Origin: Mobula hypostoma
Lineage: Eukaryota
Length of the DNA stretch: 64,000 nt
Assembly: GCF_963921235.1 (NCBI RefSeq)
Contig: NC_086108.1
Span: forward strand, 69,752,001-69,816,000
Direction of reading: 5' to 3'
Within the stretch, counting starts at the first letter, position 1, and each line of letters opens with the position of its first letter. The position numbers were made by a program, and so were the translations under genes. Positions 25,141 through 38,113 of this stretch are shown one piece after another. A model generated the notes under the pieces. It searched no databases. It was not told the origin of the DNA and worked only from the letters and a program-made list of their open reading frames with translations.

Positions 25141-27669
25141 CCCTCCCGGGAGGTTTTATAGTATTGGTCTTCATTTGACTTCAGTCTAGATCACATCAAT
25201 TCCTGAGTGAAAAGAAAATTGTCCTTACTCAAGGTCCTTTATCAATAGTACTGATTACTGTCAGAATCAGGTTGTTATCGGAAACGTAAAACTTATTTTG
25301 CAGCAACAGTACAGCGTAGAACAAAGAAATTATAAGTTACAAAAACAAATAAGTAGGCACAATGAGGTAGTGTTCATGGACCATTCAGAAATCTGATGGC
25401 AGAAGGAAAGAAGCATCCACAAATGTTAATTGTGGATATCCTCGCTGATTATAGTAATGTGAAGAGGGCCTTTCCCAGGTGATGAGAGCCTTCAATGATG
25501 GATGGCTCTATGTTGAAGCACTGTCTCTTGAAGATAATCCTTGATGGAGGGAGGGTTGTTCCTGTGATGGAATTGGTGGAGTCTGAAGGAAAGAAATTCA
25601 CCACTTATTCTAACTAAAGTATTATATTCATTCTTATGAAAGCAATGTTGTTCAAAACAATCATTTTTATATGCCATATATATTTATTCGTAGCATGTGA
25701 ATATCACTGACAAGCATTTATTGCCTATCCAGTGTCCTCTGAAGAGAGGGAAGGTAACTGTCCAGAGGAATTACATTGACCAGACCAGTTCAGATTGGCC
25801 GAGTTCCTTCCTTGAAGGACATAAGTTAGCCAATGACAATCAAAACATTTCACGGTTTTCATGTAAACAGAGTTTTCTGTTGAATATTGAAATGAGCAAA
25901 ATTGCTTCAATAACAACTGAAATTTATTTTTAGATGTACAGGGAATAGAGAGATGGTTTAGTGTAGAAGAGTGCTACAGAGGTTATAGTTCAGCCATGAT
26001 CTATTTGGCAGAGCAGGTACAAGGGCTGTTCAATTTTGTGTGCTCTTGAAACTGAGGAAAATGCCTTCATTGAAATCCTTCCAGCATCGTGGATAGAGAT
26101 GTCTTTTTAGGATAAGTTGGGAAACACTCCTATGCATAAGTTGTAGATTCACCATTAACAATTGCTTCCGAGTGAATTGAAAAAGGTGAATTTGTTAATT
26201 TTTACGTTATTTGTTGGATTAATACTGTATGTAGTAGGTAAATTGGTGGAGTATCTTTGTTTTGTGGATGTTGACTGCAAGCTCCATTCCCTTATGCTTA
26301 CTTGAATCAGTTGGTAAATAAATGCTGGAGTGTTATCAACTGCTACTTAAAGACTGAAATTAGACCAATCCAGATTCTTGACTGGAAGTGATGTAGGCTA
26401 AACATTTGTCCTGTAGATCATCTACACTCCCAACATAGCTCTTTGAAGAATAGATAGAGCAGTGTAGCAAAAGATAGGGAAAAATGTTAGGGCAATGATG
26501 CAGCCTTCCTTAATACTATTCTACATTGAGATTAGGCCTAGTGTGAATCAACTGTTTGAGATTATGGCTTAAAGTTTGCATATAATTTCTAAGAGCAGCT
26601 ACATTTGAGAAGATTGGTCTTTGATCCCTTTCAATTGATGGAGTCAAAAAGGCTTTTGTGAGGTTAAAAAAAAGCTATGGGGTGATTGATGCTATTTCCT
26701 GCACATCTGCTGAAGTTGAAGTTCATGTCCATTATGCCTTCCGATGGACAGATTCCACACTGATGGGGAAAATGTTCTTTAGCGATTGACAAGGCAGAGT
26801 CGAGCAGGACAGTGGTGCAGACAATGTGGAGATGCTCCTGTAGTTATCACAATGGAATTTATCTCCTAAAGATGGTCACAATCAAAGGTTCCCTGGGATG
26901 TCCTGTTCTTCCCAGATGTGGGAAATGATGTGAATTTGTGATCCCTATTCCCGACTGCTGGACGTTAATATTTCTTCAATGGTATCATCTACTCATTAGG
27001 TCTTGTTAACTTTCAGTTTGCATACAAAATTTTCACCTTGTTGGGGAGGAAGGTCAGACCTAATATCACCCAGCTAATTTATTATTAAAACAGAAGATTT
27101 TAGACAAATGTGTTCACACAAGATCATTGAGAGCCTTCCTGAACCGGAAGCCTGAGATGAACCATGAGTTCTGCAGTCTGCTGAAGATCAGATCAGAGGC
27201 ATTTAAGTTTGGTGACGAAGAAAGTTACAAGAGGTTCTAGGTACAATCTCTGGAAAGCCATCTCATGGTCAAGGTCCAATTTTGGACGAAATTTGAATTG
27301 ATGAAGGATGCTCGACAGTTGTGGCAGGGCTTGAATACTATCACCCCTTAAAATTAAATCAAGCAACAGCGATAACAACAGGGCTTCGCTTCCAGATGAG
27401 CTGAGTGCCTTCTATGCTTTGACCGTCAAAACATGGAGGAACCATCACAAACGCCCACAGCCCCTGATGGTCCTGTGATTTTGGTCTCTGAAGACGATGT
27501 GGGAGCAGCCTTCAGGTGGGTGAACCCACGAAAAGCATCCGGCCCAGGTGGAGTACCTGATCAAGTACTAAGAGACTTGTGAACTCAACTGACTGGAGTG
27601 TTCACTGAGACCCTTAACATTTTCCTTCAGCAGTCTGAGGTACTCACTTCTTCAAGCAGACTTCAATTA

Positions 27670-28623
27670 CCCTGGACAACATATTTTTTAAAAACGCAAA
27701 GAACAGGAATTCTGCAGATGCTGGAAGTTCAAGCAACACACATCAAAGTTGCTTCAGTTAGTCCTGACGAAGGGTCTCGGCCTGAAACTCGACTGTACCT
27801 CTTCCTAGAGATGCTGCGTGGCCTGCTGCATTCACCAGCAACTTTGATGTGTGTTGCTTAATATTTTTTAAACTGTTGCTTCCTCAGAATTTTTTTTTGT
27901 TTTTGATAGACTGCTTGAGGCTGATCTAGTAATTTCAGACTACTTGTATTACATAGGACTTTGGAGAATCAAGAAATTGACTTATATAATACATTTAGTT
28001 GCATTATGGTGCTGACACTTTGCAATAGTTCAACTAACTAAAAATGTTTGATGAATTTTGTTTGTACTCTGTGTCTGAGGCTTCTAGGTTAAGTGTGCAA
28101 CAATAATCAGCTAGTATCGATGGATTCCAGTTGCCCTGATACCATTTCTTTTTGACTCCAATGTTCTGGTGAAACCTTTCACCATGTTCGCCACTGACAG
28201 CGCCAAGGTTTGCAGGGAAGAAGTCTAAATGGGAATGCAGAAAATGAATCTTTAGTGACATGTTGCACTTCATGGTTTTGCATGTTTGAAGCATGTTGTC
28301 AACCAGCTGCTCTGTCGTTGCCAAGAAAATTTGCAACAAAATCCTTGAATGCCTTCCATGGAATTTTCTCCAGTCCCACTAGAATCTTTTTGAATTGCCT
28401 GTGATTGATGACCTGTTTGATTTGTGAACTAACAAAAATAACTTCCTTAATCTTGGCATCAGTTATTCTGACTTGAATTATGAATTGAGAAAAAAAAAAC
28501 AAATATAGTTGATTTTTAAAAAAATGGTGCGTGTTAGGAAAATTTCATGGTGATTTTCATCAGCCCAAAATCCATAAGGCACACCCAAAAGTATCTAGGA
28601 AGCAAAACCCTTGTCCAGAGTTG
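27670..28623 (-). mobile_element. DNA transposon remnant, possibly Sola-type
   Basis: MSLKIHFLHSHLDFFPANLGAVSGEHGERFHQ...WNPSILADYC; imperfect inverted ends ctggacaa..ttgcttcct / aggaagcaa..ttgtccag; superfamily assignment from memory only. Confidence 0.55.
27693..27860. mobile_element. Miniature Penelope terminal-repeat insertion
   Basis: Inverted pieces of the Penelope terminal repeat; TSD atattttttaaa (27681-27692, 27861-27872). Confidence 0.8.
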
Positions 28624-30249
28624 TACCTGCCTCACTCGGTAGCACTTACATCCACAAGGATTAGGTGTTTTGAGAGGCTGGTGTTGAAACATATCAATTC
28701 CTATCTTAGAAGTGACTTAGATCTGCTCCAATTTGCCTGTTGGAACAACAGGTCCACAGCTGATGTCACCTCATTGGCTCTTCACTCAGCCCTGGAACAT
28801 CTGGACGGCAAAGATGCATGCATCAGGATGCTTATTATCAACTACAGCTCAGCATTCATCCCCTCAAAACTAATCAATGATCTCCTAGACCTTGGTCTCA
28901 ATAACTCCTTGTGCAATCACAAATAACTGTTTATTAAGTATGCCCGCAAAAAAAAAGAATCTTAGGGTTGTATTTGGTGACGTACTTTTGTTAATAAATT
29001 TACTTTGAACTTTGACTAGCATTGTAAGCAGATTCACAAACAGCCTGAATGAAAGGGTCTGTTGCATTTAATATCCAAGCATCTTCCAAATAGAAAGCAA
29101 CACACATTAAAGTTGCTGGTCCCCCTCTTTTCCTTCGCTGCATCGATGACTGCATTGGCGCTGCTTCCTGCACGCATGCTGTGCTCGTTGACTTTATTAA
29201 CTTTGCCTCCAACTTTCACTCTGCCCTCAAGTTTACCTGGTCCATTTCTGACACCTCCCTCCCCTTTCTAGATCTTTCTGTCTCTATCTCTGGAGACAGC
29301 TTATCCACTGATGTCTACTATAAGCCTACTGACTCTCACAGCTATCTGGACTATTCCTCTTCTCACCCTGTCTCTTGCAAAAATGCCATCCCCTTCTCGC
29401 AATTCCTCCGTCTTCGCCATATCTGCTCTCAGGATGAGGCTTTTCATTCCAGGATGAGGGAAATGTCTTCCTTTTTTAAAGAAAGGGGCTTCCCTTCCTC
29501 CACCATCAACTCTGCTCTCAAACGCATCTCCCCCATTTCACGCACATCTGCTCTCATTCATCCTCCCGCCACCCCACTAGGAATAGGGTTCCCCTGGTCC
29601 TCACCTACCACCCCACCAGCCTCCGGGTCCAACATATTATTCTCCGTAACTTCCGCCACCTCCAACGGGATCCCACCACTAAGCACATCTTTCCCTCCCC
29701 CCCCTTTCCGCAGGGATCGCTCCCTACGCGACTCCCTTGTCCATTCGTCCCCCCCCATCCCTCCCCACTGATCTCCCTCCTGGCACTTATCCTTGTAAGC
29801 GGAACAAGTGCTACACATGCCCTTACATTTCCTCCCTTACCACCGTTCAGGGCCCCAGACAATTCTTCCAGGTGAGGCGACACTTCACCTGTGAGTCGGC
29901 TGGGGTGATACACTGCGTCCGGTGCTCCCGATGTGGCCTTCTGTATATTGGCGAGACGCGACGCAGACTGGGAGACCGCTTTGCTGAACACCTACGCTCT
30001 GTCCGCCAGAGAAAGCAGGATCTCCCAGTGGCCACACATTTTAATTCCACATCCTATTCCCATTCTGACATGTCTATCCACGGCCTCCTCTACTGTAAAG
30101 ATGAATCCACACTCAGGTTGGAGGAACAACACCTTATATTCCGTCTGGGTAGCCTCCAACCTGATGGCATGAACACTGACTTCTCTAACTTCTGCTAATG
30201 CCCCACCTCCCCTTCGTACCCCATCCGTTATTTATTTATATACACACAT

Positions 30250-30267
30250 TCTCTCTCTGTCTCTCTC

Positions 30268-30317
<50 letters not shown>

Positions 30318-30321
30318 TCTC
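30250..30321. repeat. (CT)n microsatellite within the Penelope repeat
   Basis: Imperfect CT dinucleotide run. Confidence 0.9.
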
Positions 30322-30547
30322 CTTTTCTCCCTCTGTTCCTCTGACTATACCCCTTGCCCATCCTCTGGGTTCCCCCCCACCTTGTCTTTCTCCCCGGACC
30401 TCCTGTCCCATGATCCTCTCATATCCCCTTTGTCAATCACCTGTCCAGCTCTCGGCTCCATCCCTCCCCCTCCTGTCTTCTCCTATCATTTTGTATCTCC
30501 CCCTCCCCCTCCCATTTTCAAATCTCTTACTAGCTCTTCCTTCAGTT

Positions 30548-30583
30548 AGTCCTGAAGAAGGGTCTCGGCCTGAAACGTCGACT
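30548..30583 (+). ncRNA. Minimal type I hammerhead ribozyme motif (Penelope-associated)
   Basis: AGTC-CTGAAGA-AGGGTCTCGGCCT-GAAA-CGTC-GACT: intact core, stem I AGTC/GACT, palindromic ACGT in place of stem III. Confidence 0.8.
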
Positions 30584-31299
30584 GCACCTCTTCCTAGAGA
30601 TGCTGCCTGGCCTGCTGCGTTCACCAGCAACTTTGATGTGTGTTGCTTGAATTTCCAGCATCTGCAGAATTCCTGTTGTTTGACTTCCAAATAGAAATAT
30701 TTGCTTAACTTCAGTAAATGCCTTTTGACCTGCTGGAGACAGCATTATTCTATTTCTCCAGGCATGTCCTATAAATTTATACTGACTGGATGTGCTAAAT
30801 GTTAGCTAAATATACCGTGACGATTCTATTACTATTTGCTATCCTGCTCCCTTGAGTCACTGCAGTTACGTGTGACTGCATAACTTAATTGTTTTGCATT
30901 TTAATGCGTAGTTGTATTCAGAATTAGTGATATCTAACAACGACTTAATTGCAGTTATCAACACTGGGTATTTGAACAAAAAGGTTAAATGATTTTCAAA
31001 GAGAACTCCGGCGTTAAAGTTACATTTCGACTCCTAAATCTTTACTGTGTACTTGATTCTACAAGGACCACGATAACAATTGAAAATTATAAGGTATGAG
31101 ATAATGCAAAATGCATTGCAAAATCCAGATAAAATACATCCAAACTCTGCAAGTGTGCCAAGGAATTTCGAAAGCTTTTTTAAAAATAAATTTGTCCTTT
31201 TATTTGTTGCAATAAAATTGGCAATTTTACACGTAGTGTGTTTGGTCGCAAGAATTTTTTTTAAAAATGTTCTCCTTCCTCAAATGTAAACAAATAATG

Positions 31300-31460
31300 A
31301 CATAGCCTAATGGTGGTGATCCTAGACCAATCAGTGCATAACTCTGTTATATGCAGGTGCTTAAGCCAATCGGGTCGCTGCTGCGAGCAGGTTCTGAAAT
31401 TCATAGATTAGCAATAGAGGAAGTGCTGTTTTGTGGAGCCTCTAAGAAGCCCGGCGTTCA
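31300..31460 (+). promoter_or_regulatory. Putative intronic alternative promoter
   Basis: CCAAT at 31327 and 31366, GGAAGT (ETS-type) at 31419, CpG retention in a repeat-free block, directly upstream of the candidate exon. Confidence 0.6.
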
Positions 31461-31579
31461 AAACTGTTCGCGATCAGAGCTCTCTGTTTAATCAGAGGAA
31501 ATAAAATTATTTATTTTGCATATGTTTTCTATGAAAATGAACAAATCTTCGTTAACTTTGGATTGAAGCAGATGAAAAT

Positions 31580-31603
31580 ATGGCAGTGAAAGGATTCACC
31601 GGT
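31580..31603 (+). CDS. OSBPL9: Putative coding part of an alternative first exon of OSBPL9 (MAVKGFTG)
   Basis: Strong Kozak aatATGg, 8 codons, then a consensus donor GTAAGT at 31604; phase 0, so it can join the 54050 exon in frame. Confidence 0.65.
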
Positions 31604-33104
31604 GTAAGTTGCATTAACATCCTCAGTTGGGTAGTAGGCCACGTTGCTTTCTGTTTTCGATCTAGTGTCCGTGGTCATTTTAAGTGTTTTAAATATTATT
31701 TTGGAACTTTAAAACAGCTCTAGTTTTGTTTAGGTTGTGGTTATTGTGGTGTTCATGCTGGATCGTGTATTGTTTTTACTTACGTATTTGACAAATTAAT
31801 GATGTAGAAATACTGACGTGGATATTGAAATCGCTGGATATTTTAAATCATTTTCTGTGCCTCATATTTAATTAGGACTTTCGTCACTGTATTTTAATAT
31901 CAAAAGGGAATGGTTTCTCTCGATTTGCCCCTCCCTTCCTCTATATTGGAAAAAGTCGACGTTTTTCGTATTTATGACACTGATTCTGAGTGCAACCTTT
32001 GCAAATCTGTAGATTTTAGGATTTCAGGATCTCTTTTTTTTAAAAAAAAGGGCCAGAGTTAATCCTCAAAATTATATTTAATTCACTCCAAAAAGCAGTG
32101 GCAGAAATAAATGCTTTCAAGACAGGTAGGCAATGTTAGACTTTGTTTAGATTTTTTTCCTCTTGGAACTATGCATTTGGGTAACATTTTTGAAGACATA
32201 ATTCAGTAAAACTTGTCATCTTCACTTGTATCATTCTCTAACATACATACATATATGTAAATCCTATTGATAATTATTTATATTTTCCTCCATTTGCTTC
32301 TAATCTTGTTCACTTGTTCTTGGTTATGGTTTAAAGACGTGGTTTATTTTCTGATATCTTCCTTGAGCATCTATTGTTGACGTGCAGATCTTGCCAGTAA
32401 GTATTGGTTGGGTATTACTGCTAAACTTGACCATAATCCCATAAAATCTATCTAGCTTGAATTATTGGATACCGTATAGGACCATGGGCATTATTGAGCA
32501 TTTTGGAATAACTTTTTAGCTTCTCCATCAGCACAGTAACTAATTTTTACCCTTTGGTTTAGAACATGCCTAATTTTCATACTCTTAATTTTGATCAGAA
32601 TAGTAAATGGCTAAATTTTATAAAGGCCAAGTGTTTGATTCTGGCAGAATGGTTAGCATGGTGATAAAGGCAAACAAATAACCGGATTCTTTTTCTTTGC
32701 CTTTTAAGCTATCCTAGAGTCCCTTAAATCCTTAAAATAAGAATATTAATTTAATAAACATTTAATTTTAATGCAGATTTAAATAAAATAAATTGACAAT
32801 GTTTCATGGGATTAACAAAACTGTAAAACAAGTCAAAGGCTAGATTTAGGTAACAGTATTTTAAAATTTTGCACAGATTGCTATTTTGCATGACTGTTCT
32901 GTGCTCCTCACCTTTGAAACTGATCCTCAAATCAGTTCCAAAGAGTAACTCTGAAGTATTTGGTGTTTTACTAGCTCATTTCTATGTGGGTTGTTAGAAA
33001 CAGAAGTAGTTCATTTAAAAAAAATAGTTTGTGACTGCTTTTTGTGGTTCAGCTGAGTTGGACTGCTTCCCCATTCACACTCCAGATTAGATACAGTATC
33101 AGAT

Positions 33105-33275
33105 GTTCTGTTGGTACCATTCACTTTTGAGCCAAAAGATTATGGTTCAAGTTCCATGCCAAATACTTGAGACAAGAAAAAAGATTTAGTTAGACACTCC
33201 AGAGTAATTTTGGTGAGTGCTGCCCTGTCAGGGGTGTGGTGTTTCAGATCCTAAATTTAACCAAGGATCAATCTG
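33105..33275 (+). mobile_element. Ancient Deu-domain SINE-like remnant
   Basis: Resembles the remembered SacSINE1/AmnSINE1 consensus (ggttcaagt.cca, gacactcca, gagtgctgc.ctgtc.g.ggtg..gt.tttc.gat); highly diverged. Confidence 0.5.
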
Positions 33276-36200
33276 AAGTGTGTAGGAGTGATCTTTAATT
33301 TTACTTTGCAAGGACACAATATTGTTCTGGCCAGTAGTTAATCCATAATGAAGGGACTGCACTATGAAACAATTTCAGTACCTCTACTGTGATATTTAGT
33401 ACATAAATAAATGCTTTTGTGTATAGTATAACCAGCAGGATTTTTATTTGAGGAAGTGCGATCAATGATTAATTTCATCATGCAATGATTATTGCTTTGG
33501 CAAGAGGACTCTAATCATAATTCCAGAATTTGGGAGAATGACTTTCAATTGTGAAATATCTTTTATGGTCTTAAATCTAATTGATTGTTCTGGAATTGGT
33601 CATAGTTATAAGCTTTTTGATCTAGGATGTCTGTTAGAATGTGTGAACTAATTTTCTAAAGTTGCAATGATGTTAGAACAAATGTTGGCATCTAGTGCAT
33701 TATTGTAATAAATACAAAATTAGGAAAGGATAGAGCAAATGGAATATCCCTCACTAATCCATTTGCTTACAAAATTTGGGTTATAAAGCAAGCATGTCAA
33801 TTTTTCTTTCACATATAGTGTCACATATAGGATTTTTGTGTGGGGTTCCAGTTCCTCAATTTATGCAATGGAAGGAGGTCTTTAAGTTGTAAGCTTTCCA
33901 CATAGATCCTTCAGTGTATATCTGAGCATATGTCCTAGACCTTGAAATCAGCCAGTTTGCAACATTCATTCAGGGATGGCTCCTTGTTTTGGAAGACCAG
34001 CAGGTTTAGGACTGACCAAGTCCAGCTTGTGCCATATTGACTTCTATAATAGTTGCTACAATCTGTGCTCTTCAGAACTGCTTTTAAAGTTCAAAGTAAA
34101 TTTATTATTAAAGTACATATATTTTACTATATGCAACCTGAGATTTGTTTTCTTGCGTGCATACTTATTAATTTCAAAAACCATAATAGAATTAATGAAA
34201 GATCGCACCCAACAGGACAAACAACCAATGTGCAAGTACAAAAGAAAAAAAGAAATAATAATTAATACATAAGCAATAAATATTGAGAAAGTGAGTCCAT
34301 AGCTTGTGGGAACAGTTCATTGATGGGGCAAATGAAGTTGAGTGAATTATCCCCACTGGTTCAAGAGCCTGATGGCTGAAAATAATAACTGTGCCTGAAC
34401 CTGGTGATGAGGGGCCTGAAGCTCCTGTACCTCCTTCCTTATGGCAGCACCGAAAAGAGAGCATGGTCCGTGATGCACAACTGTCAGGATGTACCCTGGC
34501 AAAAACCCATGCATCCCTCTCCAGATCATCTTGGGAAATGGAAGATGGTCTCATCTTCACCATATGGGACTTGAATGTAAAGTGTTGTGGCATTGTATCT
34601 CTGTGCATGAAGAATTTGACAGATATGGTCCTTTCACAACCAGCTAAATAAGATTTTGATGCTTTTCTAAAGTTTTGCTCATAAGACATTACAATAAATG
34701 ACTGACAGTAAAAGCATTGAACAATTTGTCAGGCTCTACCACAATGTATGTTTCACAGCAACAAGGCTAGATCAGTCCTTCAGGGTCAGAGAGTATATTG
34801 TGACACTTGCTGTTTCAAACACCAAGGTGTTCAGGGTCAGACACCCTGAGCCAATAGGCTGGTCCTGGACTTATTTCCATTTGGCATAGTTCGCATATTG
34901 TTGTTTGATTGTTTCTGGTTTTTGTATTGCTATATTTATGCTCTATTCTAGGTTGGTGCGGCTGTAACAAAACCCAATTTCCCTCGGGATCAATAAAGTA
35001 TATCTATCTATCTATCTAAGCTTAGGGTCCATGCATACATTGATCCAGACACTTACAAAAATAGCCTTCAGGATATGGATCTTGTTCAATACATGTCCTC
35101 CACTCCACTTTCTCTGGAGGTTTCTACATTATGTTTCTGTGCTTGCAGTCCTTTTTCATATTGCAGTGGGAAGAAAAATGTTTGGGATGAGGTATTGGCC
35201 ACCTCTACACCATGCTTGTCAATGCTATTTGCACTTCTCACCTAATGACCAGTTTCTTCTCCTCTCCCCCCCCCCCCCAACTCAATGCCAATTTTTGTGA
35301 GGGGGGAATTGTATTCTGTATAATTGGCTGAATTCTCCATCTGGCTCTTGCTGCATGCCTAGTTCCTTTGAATCATATCCTGAACAACCTCAAGGATTAG
35401 GATCTGATGATACAGGAAACAAAGGACTGGTCCAAGCTGACTGCCGACCCTGATGTGGTAGAAGGAATGCAAGAGGGAGGGAGAATTACTGATCTATTCA
35501 GGGAGAATGTAAAATGGTATTTAGATTATATGTTAGTGGGATCATCCAACAGCCATGTGGGTAGAACTTCAAGATAACTGAGAAGCAATCACTTTGCTAT
35601 TGGCCCCCCAGTTATCAATGGAAATTCAACGAACAGATGTGTGCATACATCACAGAAAGGTGCAGGAGCAGTAAGGGGGATTTTAATTTTAATTTTCCAA
35701 GTGTTAACTGGGATTGTCTTGATGCAAGGGCCCTGGATGGGGTAGAATTTGTTTAGTACATCCAAGAAAATTTTCAAAAGATGATGTTTAGGTAGTCCTA
35801 CTAGAGAGAGGCAATGCTTGATCTTGTCTTAAGAAATGAAGTTGTGCAGGTGATAGAAGTGCTGGCAGGGAGCACTTTGGGAACAGTAACTATAATTCTT
35901 AAAGTTTCAAGATAGTTATTGAAAGGGATATGGTTGATAAGTTACAATAAAAATAAATAATACAGAAAAAGGAATAGCAAGATAGTATTCATGGACCATT
36001 CAGAAATCTGATAGCGGTGGGGGGGGGAGGTGCGGGGAGAAGCTATTCCTGAAATGTTGAGTGTGGGTCTTCAGGCTCCTCTGCCTCCTCCCTGATGGTA
36101 ATAATGAAGAGGGCATGTCCTGGGTCCTTAATGATGGATGCCACTTTCTTGAGAAACTGCTTTTTGAAGACATCCTCAGTCATGGGAGGCTTATGTCCAT

Positions 36201-36374
36201 AATGGAACTGGCTGATCTACAATCCTCTTACAATCCATTGTAACCAATCAGAATGCTCTCCACTGTACATCATTTAAAGAGAGTCAGTGAAAGTTCAGGT
36301 TCAATATGTTCAGAGAAGATGTAAGGAAAAGATGGCAATATTAGGGATCCTTAAATGACAAAGGGACATTAAAA

Positions 36375-36508
36375 CAAAAACAACAGGAATTCTGCAGATG
36401 CTGGAAATTCAAGCAACATACATCAAAGTTGCTGGTGAACGCAGCAGGCCAAGCACCTCTTCCTATAGATGCTGCTTGGCCTGCTGCGTTCACCAGCAAC
36501 TTTGATGT
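36375..36508. mobile_element. Miniature fold-back Penelope terminal-repeat insertion inside a degenerate CR1 (about 35490-38090)
   Basis: catcaaagttgctggtgaacgcagcaggcc and its reverse complement; TSD aagggacattaaaa (36361-36374, 36509-36522). Confidence 0.85.
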
Positions 36509-37258
36509 AAGGGACATTAAAAGTTTGGTCGGGGTGAAACCAAAAGGTAGTAAATGGCAAATGTAGGTGATAGCAATTGAGTAAGATCCTTGAGAAATTG
36601 CAATGTGTAGGAAAGATTGAAAAAGAAATTTGGAAGGCAAAAAAGGACCATGAAATATCCTTGGCCTGTAAAAGTAAGGAGATTTCCAAAGCGTTCTATA
36701 GGATATCAAGAAGAAGAGGATAGTTGGGGAGACCAAAGGGGAATGTTAAATGGGCAATGTGATTGAGGCCCTACATGAGTACTTCCCATCTGTATCTACT
36801 GTCTACATTTCTCACTGCCTCATTAAAGCAGCCAACATAATCAAAGATCTCATCCATCCCAGACATTGGGCAAAAATATAGAAGCCCGAAAACATGTACT
36901 ACCATGCCAGAGGACACTTCGATTCCACTATTACAAGACTATTGATTGGTTTTCTTGTAAGATGTGATGAACCCTTGACCTCACAATCTACCTCATTATG
37001 GCTTTGCACCATATCGTCTGTCTGCATGCACTGCCCCTTCTCTGCAGCACTTCGTTCCGGGCTCTATTATTACTTTCCCTTTATTTCTTCAATGCAATAT
37101 TGTAATGAAATTATCTGTATGTTGGTACATGTGACAATATTAAACCACTCCAATCACTAAGGAGAACCATGTGGAAAATAGTGAATTCAGGGAAGGGCAT
37201 GTGGATAATCGGCAGCAAATTAGTATAAGGAGGTGTTTAATATCACAAGGCACAAAAG

Positions 37259-37920
37259 GATTAGATTAGATTATGAGGACATGCAGTCTTCGTTTATTGT
37301 CATTTAGAAATGCATGCATTAAAAAATGATACAGTGTTCCTCCAGTATGATATCACAAAAACACAGGACAGACCAAGACTAAAACTGACAAAAACCACAT
37401 AATTATAACATATAGTTACAACAGTGCAAAGCTATACCGTAATTTGATGAAGAGCAGACCATGGGCACGGTAAAAAAAAGTCTCAAAGTCCCGATAGCCC
37501 ATCATTCACGCAGATGGTAGAAGGGAGAAATTCTCCCTGCCATGAACCTCCAGCGCCGCAAACTTGCTGATGCAGCACCTTTGGAAGCACCGACCACAGC
37601 CGACTCCGAGTCAGTCCGAAAACTTCGAGACTCTGACCAGCCCTCCGACATTGAGCACCATCTCCACCGAGCGCTTCAACCCTGCCCCGGCCGCCGAGCA
37701 ACAAGCAAAGCCGAGGATTCGCGGCCTTCTCCGGAGATTCTGGATCACACAGTAGCAGCGGCAGCGAAGAAGGCATTTCAGAAGTTTCACCAGATGTTCC
37801 TCCGTGCTCTCACGTCTGTCTGCATCAAATCAGAATTGTGAACGGCACCCTACTTGACAGATAGCAGATATTCATCACGGGAGTGGCCACTGTGCACTGC
37901 GTTGCGCCACCATCTTCTCC
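37259..37920 (-). mobile_element. Non-autonomous retroelement of about 660 bp with a (TAATC)n tail, second copy
   Basis: End-to-end homology with 24465-25140. Confidence 0.75.
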
Positions 37921-38113
37921 AAATGATTGATAGATATTCAGCCCTAAGGCTTGACTGATATTTTTGCATCTTAATTAGCTGCAGGTGAGGAGCCAGAAGA
38001 TCGGAGGAAATCTAATTTATGTAGTTCCTTTGTTTAAGAAGGCCATGCTGGGTCATATATGCTCATAAGCCAAAGTGGAGTTATTCGAATGTAATGTCAA
38101 CTGTAAGGACATA

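Larger units (their letters stand above)
27170..28915 (+). mobile_element. Rex1-type LINE RT fragment interrupted by a DNA transposon remnant
   Basis: CFERLVLKHI, LQFACWNNRSTAD and INYSSAF motifs; the sequence resumes after about 28625. Confidence 0.75.
29097..30683 (+). mobile_element. Penelope-like element, 5'-truncated (RT C-terminus, GIY-YIG endonuclease, terminal repeat)
   Basis: LPFLDL, TDVYYKPTDSHSYLDYSSSHP and VIHCVRCSRCGLLYIGETRRRLGDRFAEH; short inverted piece at the 5' end; TSD cttccaaatagaaa (29083-29096, 30684-30697). Confidence 0.95.
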
